From: an uncultured Bdellovibrionales bacterium
GTDB lineage: Bacteria; Bdellovibrionota_C; UBA2361; CAZKXU01
Reading direction: 5' to 3'
NCBI GenBank assembly: GCA_964556665.1
Contig: CAZKXU010000004.1
Location: 1 to 62,197 of the forward strand
Length of the DNA stretch: 62,197 nucleotides
Shown: positions 27,659 through 36,917 of the stretch, piece after piece
Position numbering within the stretch: the stretch's first letter is position 1
Layout: each line of letters opens with the position of its first letter
Made by a program: the position numbers and the translations under genes
Notes under the pieces: generated by a model
The model's input: the letters and a program-made list of their open reading frames with translations, nothing else
Database searches by the model: none
Told to the model about the DNA's origin: nothing

Positions 27659-30268
27659 ATGGATATTAATCGTTTTACCCAGAAAAGCCAGGAAGCAGTA
27701 CAGTCAGCGCAGAGTCTTGCGATTAAGTTAGGGCATGCCGAAGTAGATGTAGAACATCTATTCAGCGCGCTTCTAGATCAGGAGAACGGGGTTATTCCGC
27801 GAATAATGGCGCGTATAGATATTCCGCTAGAGCCTGTACAAAGCGAGGTGCAGTCAGAGCTTCGTAGGCGGCCTAGTATTAGCGGTCCTGGAGCTGAGGC
27901 AGGAAAAGTCTTTGTAACACAAAGACTCAGTAAGCTTTTTGTTAAGGCTGAAGAGGAAGCAAAGCGTCTTAAAGATGAATATGTCTCCGTTGAGCACTTA
28001 CTCCTTGCAATGTTCGAGGATGGAGGTGCGATAGCAAAAATATTTAAGACCTTCTCACTATCAAAAGACCGATTCCTCAAAGCACTTACTGAGATAAGGG
28101 GTTCGCAACGGGTGCAGAGTGCTAATCCGGAAGACACGTATGAAGCATTAGAGCGTTACGGAAGAGATCTAGTAAAAGAGGCTAACCGAGGTAAGGGCGA
28201 TCCGGTAATTGGAAGAGACGAGGAGATTCGTAGAGTAATAAGAATATTATCAAGAAAGACTAAGAATAATCCCGTACTGATCGGTGAGCCTGGAGTCGGA
28301 AAAACCGCTATTGTAGAGGGGTTGGCGCAGCGCATTGTGCGTGGGGATGTTCCTGAAGGATTAAAGGATAAAACCATATTTGCACTTGATATGGGTGCAC
28401 TAGTGGCAGGTGCAAAGTATCGTGGTGAATTTGAGGAGCGCTTAAAGGCAGTATTGCAGGAGGTCAAAAAGTCGGAGGGGCGTATTCTGCTTTTTATAGA
28501 CGAGCTCCATACAATTGTTGGTGCAGGAAAGACAGAAGGGGCGATGGATGCAGGTAATATGTTAAAGCCGATGCTCGCCCGTGGAGAGCTGCACTGTATC
28601 GGCGCCACTACACTAGATGAATATAGAAAGTATATCGAAAAAGATGCGGCTTTAGAGAGACGATTTCAGCCAGTAACTGTAGATCAACCGAATGTCGAAG
28701 ACACTATCTCTATTCTGCGCGGAATAAAAGAACGGTTTGAGGTACACCACGGGGTAAAAATTCAGGATAACGCCTTAGTAGCCGCTGCCACTTTATCACA
28801 TCGGTATATCTCCGATCGTTTCCTTCCAGATAAGGCGATCGATCTTATGGATGAAGCATGTGCTACGATTCGCACCGAGATCGACTCAATGCCTGCGGAG
28901 TTGGATCAAGTTACCCGTCGATCTATGCAGTTAGAGATTGAAGAAGCTGCGCTTAAGAAAGAGAAGGACGAAGGCTCTAAAAAAAGATTGCAGGAATTAG
29001 CTAAAGAGCTGGCTGAGCTGAGGGATCGATCAACAGCGATGCGCGTACAGTGGGATGCTGAGAAGCAGGCAATTCACAAAGTACAAGGGCTGCGAGGCCA
29101 GATAGAGACTCTGCGTAGGGAGATCGAGAAAGCTGAGCGGAGTTATGATCTTAACAAGGCGGCTGAACTAAAGCACGGCACATTACCGGCTTTGGAGAAG
29201 GAGTTAAAGAAAGAGGAGCAGATTCTTACCAAGAAGCAGGGAGCCCATCGCTTACTTCGTGAAGAGGTAACTGAGGATGAGATTGCTCAGATAGTGGCAC
29301 GCTGGACCGGTATTCCTGTAACACGATTAGTAGAAGGAGAGAAAGAGAAACTGCTTAAGTTAGAGGAGATACTCCATCACCGTGTAATTGGTCAGGACGA
29401 AGCGGTTTCGCTTGTATCTGATGCTGTGATACGCGCACGGGCCGGCATTAAAGATCCGAAGCGTCCAATCGGAAGCTTTATATTTTTGGGTCCGACCGGC
29501 GTAGGGAAAACAGAGCTTGCCAGGACATTAGCCGAAACACTTTTTGACAGTGAGGCTAACATGGTGCGCATTGATATGAGTGAGTATATGGAGAAGCACT
29601 CAGTTGCACGGCTAATCGGAGCGCCTCCAGGGTATGTCGGATATGAGGAGGGCGGACAATTAACCGAAGCGGTGCGTCGCAAACCATACTCGGTAGTATT
29701 GTTTGATGAGATTGAAAAAGCTCATCATGATGTTTTTAATGTACTGCTCCAGGTACTTGATGATGGCAGGATTACGGACTCTCAGGGGCGTACTGTAGAT
29801 TTTAAGAATACCGTAATCATCATGACATCTAATATCGGGTCTCCTCATCTGTTAGAAGGTGTTAATTCACAAGGTGAGATAGAAAACAGCGCGCGTGAAG
29901 CCGTGATGAAAGAGCTGCGCAGCAACTTTAGACCTGAGTTTTTGAATCGAATTGATGAGATCATTCTCTTTAAGCCGTTACAGCTAGAGGAGATTAAGAG
30001 AATAGTTGATTTGCAGCTCGATGAACTACGTGCACGGCTTAAAGATCGTAATATTCGGTTTGAAATAAGTGATGAAGCTAAAGATCATATAGCACGCTCT
30101 GCTTATGATCCGATTTTCGGCGCGCGTCCATTAAAGCGCTATCTGCAGCGGGAGCTTGAAACCAAGATAGGGAAAGCGCTGATCGCTAACCGCATCGGTG
30201 AAGGGTCAGTAATCAAAATAGGGTTTGCAAACAATGATCTTGAAATTGAGCAGATGGCGGTGGTCTGA
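27659..30268 (+). CDS. clpB: ATP-dependent disaggregase ClpB
   Basis: Two AAA+ modules ([16 protein letters not shown]), middle coiled-coil domain, GARPLKR; 869 aa. Confidence 0.96.
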   Translation: MDINRFTQKSQEAVQSAQSLAIKLGHAEVDVEHLFSALLDQENGVIPRIMARIDIPLEPVQSEVQSELRRRPSISGPGAEAGKVFVTQRLSKLFVKAEEEAKRLKDEYVSVEHLLLAMFEDGGAIAKIFKTFSLSKDRFLKALTEIRGSQRVQSANPEDTYEALERYGRDLVKEANRGKGDPVIGRDEEIRRVIRILSRKTKNNPVLIGEPGVGKTAIVEGLAQRIVRGDVPEGLKDKTIFALDMGALVAGAKYRGEFEERLKAVLQEVKKSEGRILLFIDELHTIVGAGKTEGAMDAGNMLKPMLARGELHCIGATTLDEYRKYIEKDAALERRFQPVTVDQPNVEDTISILRGIKERFEVHHGVKIQDNALVAAATLSHRYISDRFLPDKAIDLMDEACATIRTEIDSMPAELDQVTRRSMQLEIEEAALKKEKDEGSKKRLQELAKELAELRDRSTAMRVQWDAEKQAIHKVQGLRGQIETLRREIEKAERSYDLNKAAELKHGTLPALEKELKKEEQILTKKQGAHRLLREEVTEDEIAQIVARWTGIPVTRLVEGEKEKLLKLEEILHHRVIGQDEAVSLVSDAVIRARAGIKDPKRPIGSFIFLGPTGVGKTELARTLAETLFDSEANMVRIDMSEYMEKHSVARLIGAPPGYVGYEEGGQLTEAVRRKPYSVVLFDEIEKAHHDVFNVLLQVLDDGRITDSQGRTVDFKNTVIIMTSNIGSPHLLEGVNSQGEIENSAREAVMKELRSNFRPEFLNRIDEIILFKPLQLEEIKRIVDLQLDELRARLKDRNIRFEISDEAKDHIARSAYDPIFGARPLKRYLQRELETKIGKALIANRIGEGSVIKIGFANNDLEIEQMAVV

Positions 30269-30504
30269 GGAAAACTAGTGGCACGCAACTTTATATATAA
30301 CATATTCCATCTGTCTATTAACTGAGAGTCAGCTAGTAAATTTGCATGCAATTGCTTAAAGAATAGACTTACAATACTCAATTTTCATAAATATGAGCTT
30401 CAAAAGTGTTTGATTCGAATGAGTTTTACAGATTAATACAAAGAAATACATCAGCGCATACGATGCGCCATCCAAAGCCGTATTATTTAAGGAAATTATT
30501 TTAA

Positions 30505-31497
30505 TTACTGACTAGGGACGAATAGATAATTACTATTTGAAGGGACGGAAGGTTTAAAAACTCCACTTGGCCATTTAACCTTAAAATCGCCCTGCAACCA
30601 TCTCTCATAGCATCTACGACATTCCTTACATATTTCGTAAAATTTCGCGATTATTGCGGTCCGTAATTCAGCCACAGATGATAGAACAAATACTTTGCGA
30701 CTCTTCTTCTTTGGTTGATGCGGCTTCAATATAGGCTGCGAGCGTAGTTTGGAGATCCCCATCACAGGCGTAGTTCGTTTTTGCCTTGCTTCCTCTTCAT
30801 TATGTTTAATTTGCTCTATAATTCGGCGATTAATCCCCTCGACATCATTAGGACTTACAGACCCAAAACACTTCATCCAGAGGTTAGGATTGCGGCGTAA
30901 TATCTGAGTTTCTTTATTAGCCTTTCTAATTAGTCGTAATAAAGCCCTATCTTGATCAAACGTTAGTACGTGAGAAGGTGCCTTAGGTATTGTTGGTAAT
31001 CTAATCCAAGGGACAGTCTCCTTGGTTTCAGCTTCTAAATCACCTATCGAGCACTTAAATCCTCGCCAGCTTGAGTATCCCGGAAACACTTCTATGCTAT
31101 CTACTAAGTTATCCAGCGCTGGATTTGAATATAGATAAGCTATCTGTTCTATTGCCTTATCCAAGTCAGCGATAAGTGCTACATGAGGACGTCCTTCCCA
31201 AATATTAAGGTAATCGAGGCCAAGTAGTCTTTTTAAACTATCTGTAATTTTTTTCTGTACCTCACAGTAAAAGTTTGAACATTGGGCCTTATCTTTTGCT
31301 ACTATTATAATGTGTGGATGAGATCCTTCCCAGATATCGTGACATAATATGACTTTGTCATCACGCTGGGTACGAGCTAAACTAGAGGCAATTATCTCCT
31401 TTATAACATCATAAGCCACTAGTGGCAGTGTAGACCTTGCCCTAAAGCATATGTCATAACACCCACCTGATTGTATAAATCGCCGCATCCTAGCCAT
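30505..31497 (-). CDS. REP-associated tyrosine transposase-like (Y1/HUH, IS200/IS605 TnpA superfamily)
   Basis: HUH motif SHPHII, catalytic Tyr in AYLYSNP, FPGYSSW resembling YPWSS; SD AAGGTGA before ATG 31497. Confidence 0.78.
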   Translation of the reverse strand: MARMRRFIQSGGCYDICFRARSTLPLVAYDVIKEIIASSLARTQRDDKVILCHDIWEGSHPHIIIVAKDKAQCSNFYCEVQKKITDSLKRLLGLDYLNIWEGRPHVALIADLDKAIEQIAYLYSNPALDNLVDSIEVFPGYSSWRGFKCSIGDLEAETKETVPWIRLPTIPKAPSHVLTFDQDRALLRLIRKANKETQILRRNPNLWMKCFGSVSPNDVEGINRRIIEQIKHNEEEARQKRTTPVMGISKLRSQPILKPHQPKKKSRKVFVLSSVAELRTAIIAKFYEICKECRRCYERWLQGDFKVKWPSGVFKPSVPSNSNYLFVPSQ

Positions 31498-31750
31498 AGC
31501 TCTCACCTTAATAATAAATCAACTTAATCTCCCTCTTAATTATTCGGGGAAATTGGCTAAAAGTTTCTTCATAAAGTTGCCATGTACCAGTTCGAGGTAA
31601 AGTTGCCATGTACCAGTTCGAGAGGTGTATAAATCGCCGCATCCTAGCCATAGCTCTCACCTTAATAATAAATCAACTTAATCTCCCTCTTAATTATTCG
31701 GGGAAATTGGCTAAAAGTTTCTTCATAAAGTTGCCATGTACCAGTTCGAG
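31472..31750. repeat. 125-bp direct repeat plus three copies of a 25-mer
   Basis: 31472-31596 identical to 31626-31750; TAAAGTTGCCATGTACCAGTTCGAG at 31572, 31598 and 31726. Confidence 0.92.
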
Positions 31751-31773
31751 AGAGATATGATATAGAGCTTAGT

Positions 31774-33711
31774 ATGAGCGCAACTTATCCTATCCCTGCA
31801 CGATTCGCTTCTGATATTGAAATTAACCCTGAACGGTATCAGGCGTTATATCAGCTTTCTATTGACGACCCTCTCAAGTTCTGGGGCGAACTTGCACATA
31901 AGACTCTGCGCTGGAAGAAAGACTGGAGCTCAGTCTTAGAGTGGGACTACCACAACGGACTCATTAAATGGTTTAAAGATGGAAAACTCAATGTTTCAGA
32001 AAATTGCCTAGACCGACATCTGCCCGAAAGAGGGAACAAGACTGCAATCATATGGGAGGGCAACGAACCAGGTGATACACGCACAGTCTCATATTCTGAG
32101 CTGTATAAGCAGGTAGCAAAGGCATCAAATCTGCTAAAGCGTCTTGGTGTTCAAAAAGGAGATAGAGTTGCTATCTATATGCCCATGCTCCCAGAAGTTG
32201 TAGTAGCAATGCTTGCCTGTGCTCGCATAGGAGCCGTACATTCAGTTGTCTTTGCTGGCTTTTCGGCGCAAGCACTACGGGATCGAATCGTAGATTCGCA
32301 ATGCAAGGTTCTGTTTACGGCGAATGAGGGGCTGCGTGGCTCAAAACGAATTGGACTTAAAGAAATTGTTGATGAGGCGCTGATCGGGTCTCCATCAATT
32401 CAACATGTCGTCGTTTACATGCGCACAGATACTGCGACAGTCATGAAAAAGGGGCGCGACCTATGGTGGCACGAGGAGTTAGAACATGAATCTACCGATA
32501 GTATAGCAGAAACAATGGACTCCGAGGACCCGCTTTTTATTCTATACACCTCAGGTAGCACAGGAAAACCCAAAGGCGTACTTCATACCCAAGCTGGCTA
32601 TCTCTTATACGCCAGCGTCACCCATCGTTATGTCTTTGATTACAGAGAGAATGATATCTATTTCTGCGCAGCCGACGTTGGTTGGGTGACTGGTCATTCC
32701 TATATCGTCTATGGACCACTTTCGAACGGAGCGACAACTGTTATGTTTGAATCTATTCCAACCTACCCGCATGCTGGACGGTACTGGGATGTAATCGAAA
32801 GACACAAAGTGAGTATATTCTATACCGCACCTACCGCAATTCGTGCAGTTCAGAAAGATGGGCCGACGCTGCCACGCAATTATGACTTAACTTCACTTAG
32901 AGTGCTTGGCTCTGTCGGCGAACCAATCAATAAAGATGCCTGGCTCTGGTATTATAATGAGGTTGGAAACAGCCAATGTGCTATTGTCGATACATGGTGG
33001 CAAACCGAGACAGGAGGTGTCCTTATCTCGCCCTTGCCTGGTGCCACCCAGACTAAGCCTGGTTCTGCTACGCTGCCATTATTCGGCATCCAGCCCTGCC
33101 TAGTAGATGATAACGGAAAGGAGCTACAAGGTAACAGTGTTAAAGGGAACCTCTGCATCAAGTTTCCTTGGCCTGGACAGATGCGTACTGTTTACGGCGA
33201 TCATCAGCGCTTTATCGAGACATATTTTACCCGTTTTCCAGGGCTATATTTTAGCGGAGATGGTGCAACACGCGACGAGGATGGTTACTATTGGATTACC
33301 GGTCGCGTAGATGATGTGCTGAACGTCGCGGGACATCGTCTTGGAACGGCTGAGATCGAGAGCGCAATTGTAAGCTCAACTGTCGTAGCAGAGGCGGCTG
33401 TAGTAGGAACTCCTCATCCGATCAAAGGGGTAGGAATCTACGCTTTTTGTATTCTAACTGCTGGCGTAACTGATCAGAATATTGCTGAAGGTAAGATTAA
33501 GGATGCTGTACGGCAAGCTATCGGAGCAATTGCGACCCCAGATATTATCCAATTTGTACCTGGACTCCCAAAGACCCGATCCGGCAAGATCATGCGTAGA
33601 ATCCTTCGTAAAATTGCGGAAGGGGAACGCTCCGAGTTTGGCGATATTACCACCTTAGCAGATCCTGGAGTGGTGCAGGCGATAGTTGCTGGGGCTCCTG
33701 CCTACAAATAA
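31774..33711 (+). CDS. acs: Acetyl-CoA synthetase (AMP-forming)
   Basis: YTSGSTGKPKG, DTWWQTETG, PKTRSGKIMRR; 645 aa. Confidence 0.95.
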   Translation: MSATYPIPARFASDIEINPERYQALYQLSIDDPLKFWGELAHKTLRWKKDWSSVLEWDYHNGLIKWFKDGKLNVSENCLDRHLPERGNKTAIIWEGNEPGDTRTVSYSELYKQVAKASNLLKRLGVQKGDRVAIYMPMLPEVVVAMLACARIGAVHSVVFAGFSAQALRDRIVDSQCKVLFTANEGLRGSKRIGLKEIVDEALIGSPSIQHVVVYMRTDTATVMKKGRDLWWHEELEHESTDSIAETMDSEDPLFILYTSGSTGKPKGVLHTQAGYLLYASVTHRYVFDYRENDIYFCAADVGWVTGHSYIVYGPLSNGATTVMFESIPTYPHAGRYWDVIERHKVSIFYTAPTAIRAVQKDGPTLPRNYDLTSLRVLGSVGEPINKDAWLWYYNEVGNSQCAIVDTWWQTETGGVLISPLPGATQTKPGSATLPLFGIQPCLVDDNGKELQGNSVKGNLCIKFPWPGQMRTVYGDHQRFIETYFTRFPGLYFSGDGATRDEDGYYWITGRVDDVLNVAGHRLGTAEIESAIVSSTVVAEAAVVGTPHPIKGVGIYAFCILTAGVTDQNIAEGKIKDAVRQAIGAIATPDIIQFVPGLPKTRSGKIMRRILRKIAEGERSEFGDITTLADPGVVQAIVAGAPAYK

Positions 33712-33776
33712 CTTTAATGGTACTGCGTACAAGCTCTCATCTTACGATCCTCCTTAGCCAAGGATACGGTAGGCTA

Positions 33777-33958
33777 TAGCAAGTGACAGCATACCGTAGC
33801 GTTATTCTGTCACTTGCTAAAGCATGGCCAGGACGAGCCGTAGGCTCGGAGAACGGCTTGAAATGGGCGCTCGGGGACCCGTTTCAAGACGTTCGAGGAG
33901 GCCTTTGGCCACGGATGGTCAAAGGCCGACAGACAAAATAACGCTACGTTATTTTGAC
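33777..33958. repeat. Structured palindromic element with 17-bp terminal inverted repeats (MITE/REPIN-like or ncRNA)
   Basis: CGTAGCGTTATTCTGTC 33795-33811 inverted to 33932-33948 (16/17); five hairpins. Confidence 0.65.
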
Positions 33959-34010
33959 ATTTAGTATAATACCGCGCAAATTAAGGTAAAAGAACTTTAG
34001 TGGCGCGGCA

Positions 34011-34733
34011 CTAATTCAGATCCTCTTTAGCTTCAATAACTAATTCCTTTATGCATGCCTCTACTGATAAAGAGAGAAGAAAACGTACTGCCTTAACAAT
34101 ATCATCTGACTTAATCATTTTTTCTCTAGGGAAAGGGGCATGTGCTGCCATATCAGTATTGATCCAGCTTGGACAGAGCGCTGTAACTTTTATCCCCAAC
34201 GGTACAAGCTCATGAAAAAGGGAATCATTCAAACCAAGTAGTCCAAACTTAGATGCGCAATATCCACCTGCACCGGCAAACCCTATCTTGCCAGCTATAG
34301 AGGAGATATTTATGATATGTCCGGATTTCTGCCTACGCATCAGAGGTGCGATAGTCTGGGTTAAATTAAATGCACCTCCTAGATTTACCGCAAGCTGTCT
34401 CTGAAAATCAGTCGCACTTAACTCTAGCGTGCCTGGAATATTAATACCGGCATTATTTACAAGCACATCGACTCTTCCAAGATCATGAAAGATCCTGGTT
34501 ACTGAATCAGCTACACTTTTTGCATCAGATACATCTAAGGGCAACACCAAAGGAGCCTGCAGTTTGTACCAAGGAGAGCTCTTTATCTCCTCTGCTAAGG
34601 CTTGTAAAGTTGACTCCGATCGAGCCATTAGGACTGTAACGTATCCATCCTGTGCAAGACTGAGGCTTATCGCTCTTCCGATCCCGCGACTTGCTCCAGT
34701 AATAATAGCAACTCTTGAAGTAGGCAGACTCAT
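34011..34733 (-). CDS. Short-chain dehydrogenase/reductase (candidate sepiapterin reductase)
   Basis: [17 protein letters not shown]; overlaps the folE stop region. Confidence 0.85.
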   Translation of the reverse strand: MSLPTSRVAIITGASRGIGRAISLSLAQDGYVTVLMARSESTLQALAEEIKSSPWYKLQAPLVLPLDVSDAKSVADSVTRIFHDLGRVDVLVNNAGINIPGTLELSATDFQRQLAVNLGGAFNLTQTIAPLMRRQKSGHIINISSIAGKIGFAGAGGYCASKFGLLGLNDSLFHELVPLGIKVTALCPSWINTDMAAHAPFPREKMIKSDDIVKAVRFLLSLSVEACIKELVIEAKEDLN

Positions 34734-35311
34734 CTTCTCATCTCTCCACTCTTAACGATTGATAGAAACTCCTCGCGAGTCGGTTGGTTTGTCAGGAAAG
34801 AACCGCTCATATAATTTGTTACCATTGTGCCACTCTGCGACTGCACACCACGCATCATCATACACATATGATAAGCTTCGATCATGCAAGCCGAGCCTGC
34901 AGGTCGTACCAATTCATCAACAGCTCTGATAATTTCAAGCCCAAGACGCTCCTGTATCTGTAAGCGACGTGCAAACATATGCACTATACGTGGAATTTTA
35001 GAGAGTCCTAAAATCTTACCATCAGGGATATAGCCGATATGTGCCCGTCCAAAAAACGGCAGGAGATGATGTTCGCATAAAGAGTAAAATTCTATGTTTT
35101 TAACAACAACCATCTGTCTGTCCGGCTGTGTGAAGATTGCACCTCTTACAAGCTCATCTAGGTTTTGAGTATAGCCGACAGTAAGTTCTCGAAAAGCCTT
35201 GCTATAACGCTCAGGTGTTTTTAAAAGACCCTCACGTGACGGATCCTCTCCGATAGTCTCAAGTAGTTCTCGACAGTAACCTTGAAGCTGATCTTCTCCT
35301 GGGGAGCTCAT
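34730..35311 (-). CDS. folE: GTP cyclohydrolase I
   Basis: [34 protein letters not shown]; start placed at ATG 35311. Confidence 0.94.
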   Translation of the reverse strand: MSSPGEDQLQGYCRELLETIGEDPSREGLLKTPERYSKAFRELTVGYTQNLDELVRGAIFTQPDRQMVVVKNIEFYSLCEHHLLPFFGRAHIGYIPDGKILGLSKIPRIVHMFARRLQIQERLGLEIIRAVDELVRPAGSACMIEAYHMCMMMRGVQSQSGTMVTNYMSGSFLTNQPTREEFLSIVKSGEMRR

Positions 35312-35312
35312 C

Positions 35313-35729
35313 TCATTCCTCTCGTATGGCGTAAATTTTTGGTGTTTCATGTAAAATAATCTTACTAAGTTTTACTACGGAGGAGTGCTGAGCAATCTGC
35401 GCTGCTAAGCGTTCCCAGATCTGATTAACAAGATTCTCCGTAGTTGGCATTATTCCTTTCAGCCATGCTACATCACTGTTAAGGTTTCTATGATCAAGAT
35501 CCTTTAAAATATAGCACTCAACTATCTCTCCTATTTTGGAGGTATCAATTATCATGCCGGTAATAGGATCGGGAGTGCCTGCTACTACTACTTCTAGACG
35601 GTAGTTATGCCCATGTCCGTTAGGATTAGCACACTTTCCAAAAACCGCTAGATTTTTCTCTGCATCCCACTCAGGTCGGGAGAGAGTATGGCTGGCAGAA
35701 AAATCAAAAGCCTTGCTTATTGAAACCAT
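35313..35729 (-). CDS. 6-pyruvoyl-tetrahydropterin synthase, PTPS-II type
   Basis: FSASH, C-X5-HGH ([11 protein letters not shown]), DHRNLN, PTTEN, ETP. Confidence 0.85.
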   Translation of the reverse strand: MVSISKAFDFSASHTLSRPEWDAEKNLAVFGKCANPNGHGHNYRLEVVVAGTPDPITGMIIDTSKIGEIVECYILKDLDHRNLNSDVAWLKGIMPTTENLVNQIWERLAAQIAQHSSVVKLSKIILHETPKIYAIREE

Positions 35730-35790
35730 GCTGCAGAGGCTAGCACAAAAAGTATCGGACTCCAAGGGCATCTGCCAAGACTGGTAGGTA

Positions 35791-36870
35791 CTACACAAAC
35801 TCTAACATACGATCCATCGCCTTCTTGGCCCTATTTCTAATCAGCTCTGGCACATCAATAATAGTTTCATTATTGGTCAAGGCGCGCAGGGTATCCTCAA
35901 GTGTAATCTCATTCATATGTGGACATCTTATACTGCACATACGCACCATCTCCTTAGAGGGGTTATCGGCCATGATGTTGTCGGCCATGCTGCACTCGGT
36001 TAGTAGTAGAAAATGTGGAGCGTTGCTTTCACGCACATATTTACTCATTTGAGATGTGCTTGATGAGAAGTCTGATGCCTTTACAACCTCGGGACTACAT
36101 TCAGGGTGGGCCAGCACCAATACACCAGGAAACTGGGCACGAATATTTTTTATATCGGTTACATTAAACTTTTCATGCACCTCGCAGCGACCATGCCAGC
36201 CGATCATAGCAAAATCGGTGTTATTTGAGCTCTTACCAAGTTGTGGAAAAATTATAGTCTTGCCTGTTTCAGCCGCCACGTTGCGTGCTAAATACTCATC
36301 CGGTAGAAATATTATTTTCTCACTCTTAAGTTCACGAACAATCTTAGCTGCATTACCTGAGGTGCAGCAGATATCACATTCTGCCTTAACGTCAGCATAG
36401 GTATTAATATAGGTAACTATAGGTATGCCTGGAAATCTCTCCCTAAGCGCACGCACATCTGCTGCTGTAATACTTGAAGCTAAGGAGCAGCCTGCTACTT
36501 TAGCAGGTAGTAAAACTGTCTTCGATGGATTTAAAATCTTTGCGCTCTCTGCCATAAAGCGCACTCCGCAGAAAATGATCGGATCTTTATCTGTTTTAGC
36601 TGCTAAACGGGAGAGCTCAAGAGAATCGCCAACAACATCAGGAACAGTATGAAAAAGAGCAGGCTCCATGTAGTTATGACCAAGTATAATGGCACCACGC
36701 TCTTTTTTGCGACGATTTATCTCGAATACCAACTCAGATTTATGCTTCAATTCAAAATCAGGGATAATTGCCCCTAATTTCTGCTGCATGGCACGGTAGG
36801 TCTCCTCTATTGATGAACAGTCAATCGGCATAAGGAAAGTATAGCACTTGTCTTTGTAGAAGAGAATCAA
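35791..36870 (-). CDS. nadA: Quinolinate synthase A
   Basis: ILGHNY, FCGVRFMAE, GCSLA, CEVH, HPEC, CPHM; true start may be downstream (MPIDCSS). Confidence 0.93.
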   Translation of the reverse strand: MILFYKDKCYTFLMPIDCSSIEETYRAMQQKLGAIIPDFELKHKSELVFEINRRKKERGAIILGHNYMEPALFHTVPDVVGDSLELSRLAAKTDKDPIIFCGVRFMAESAKILNPSKTVLLPAKVAGCSLASSITAADVRALRERFPGIPIVTYINTYADVKAECDICCTSGNAAKIVRELKSEKIIFLPDEYLARNVAAETGKTIIFPQLGKSSNNTDFAMIGWHGRCEVHEKFNVTDIKNIRAQFPGVLVLAHPECSPEVVKASDFSSSTSQMSKYVRESNAPHFLLLTECSMADNIMADNPSKEMVRMCSIRCPHMNEITLEDTLRALTNNETIIDVPELIRNRAKKAMDRMLEFV

Positions 36871-36917
36871 TTAAGGGGTAAAAACTAAGACTAGTTGATT
36901 TGGATATATTTGCACGC

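Larger units (their letters stand above)
30273..31750. mobile_element. RAYT-like HUH element with imperfect terminal inverted repeats
   Basis: AACTAGTGGCACGCAACTTTA (30273-30293) is inverted to TAAAGTTGCCATGTACCAGTT (15/21 match) on the other side of the transposase gene. Confidence 0.55.

Noticed and set aside
26580-27660. CIRCE or HAIR heat-shock operators at cbpA-clpB
   Set aside because: Neither TTAGCACTC-N9-GAGTGCTAA nor CTTGAGT-N7-ACTCAAG was seen by eye.
31572-31750. Three identical 25-mers as a mini CRISPR array
   Set aside because: Spacing is irregular (1 nt and 103 nt), the intervening DNA duplicates adjacent sequence rather than being unique spacers, and no cas genes are present.
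35313-35729. queD (queuosine pathway)
   Set aside because: The motif is C-X5-HGH rather than C-X3-HGH, and no queC/queE/queF are adjacent.
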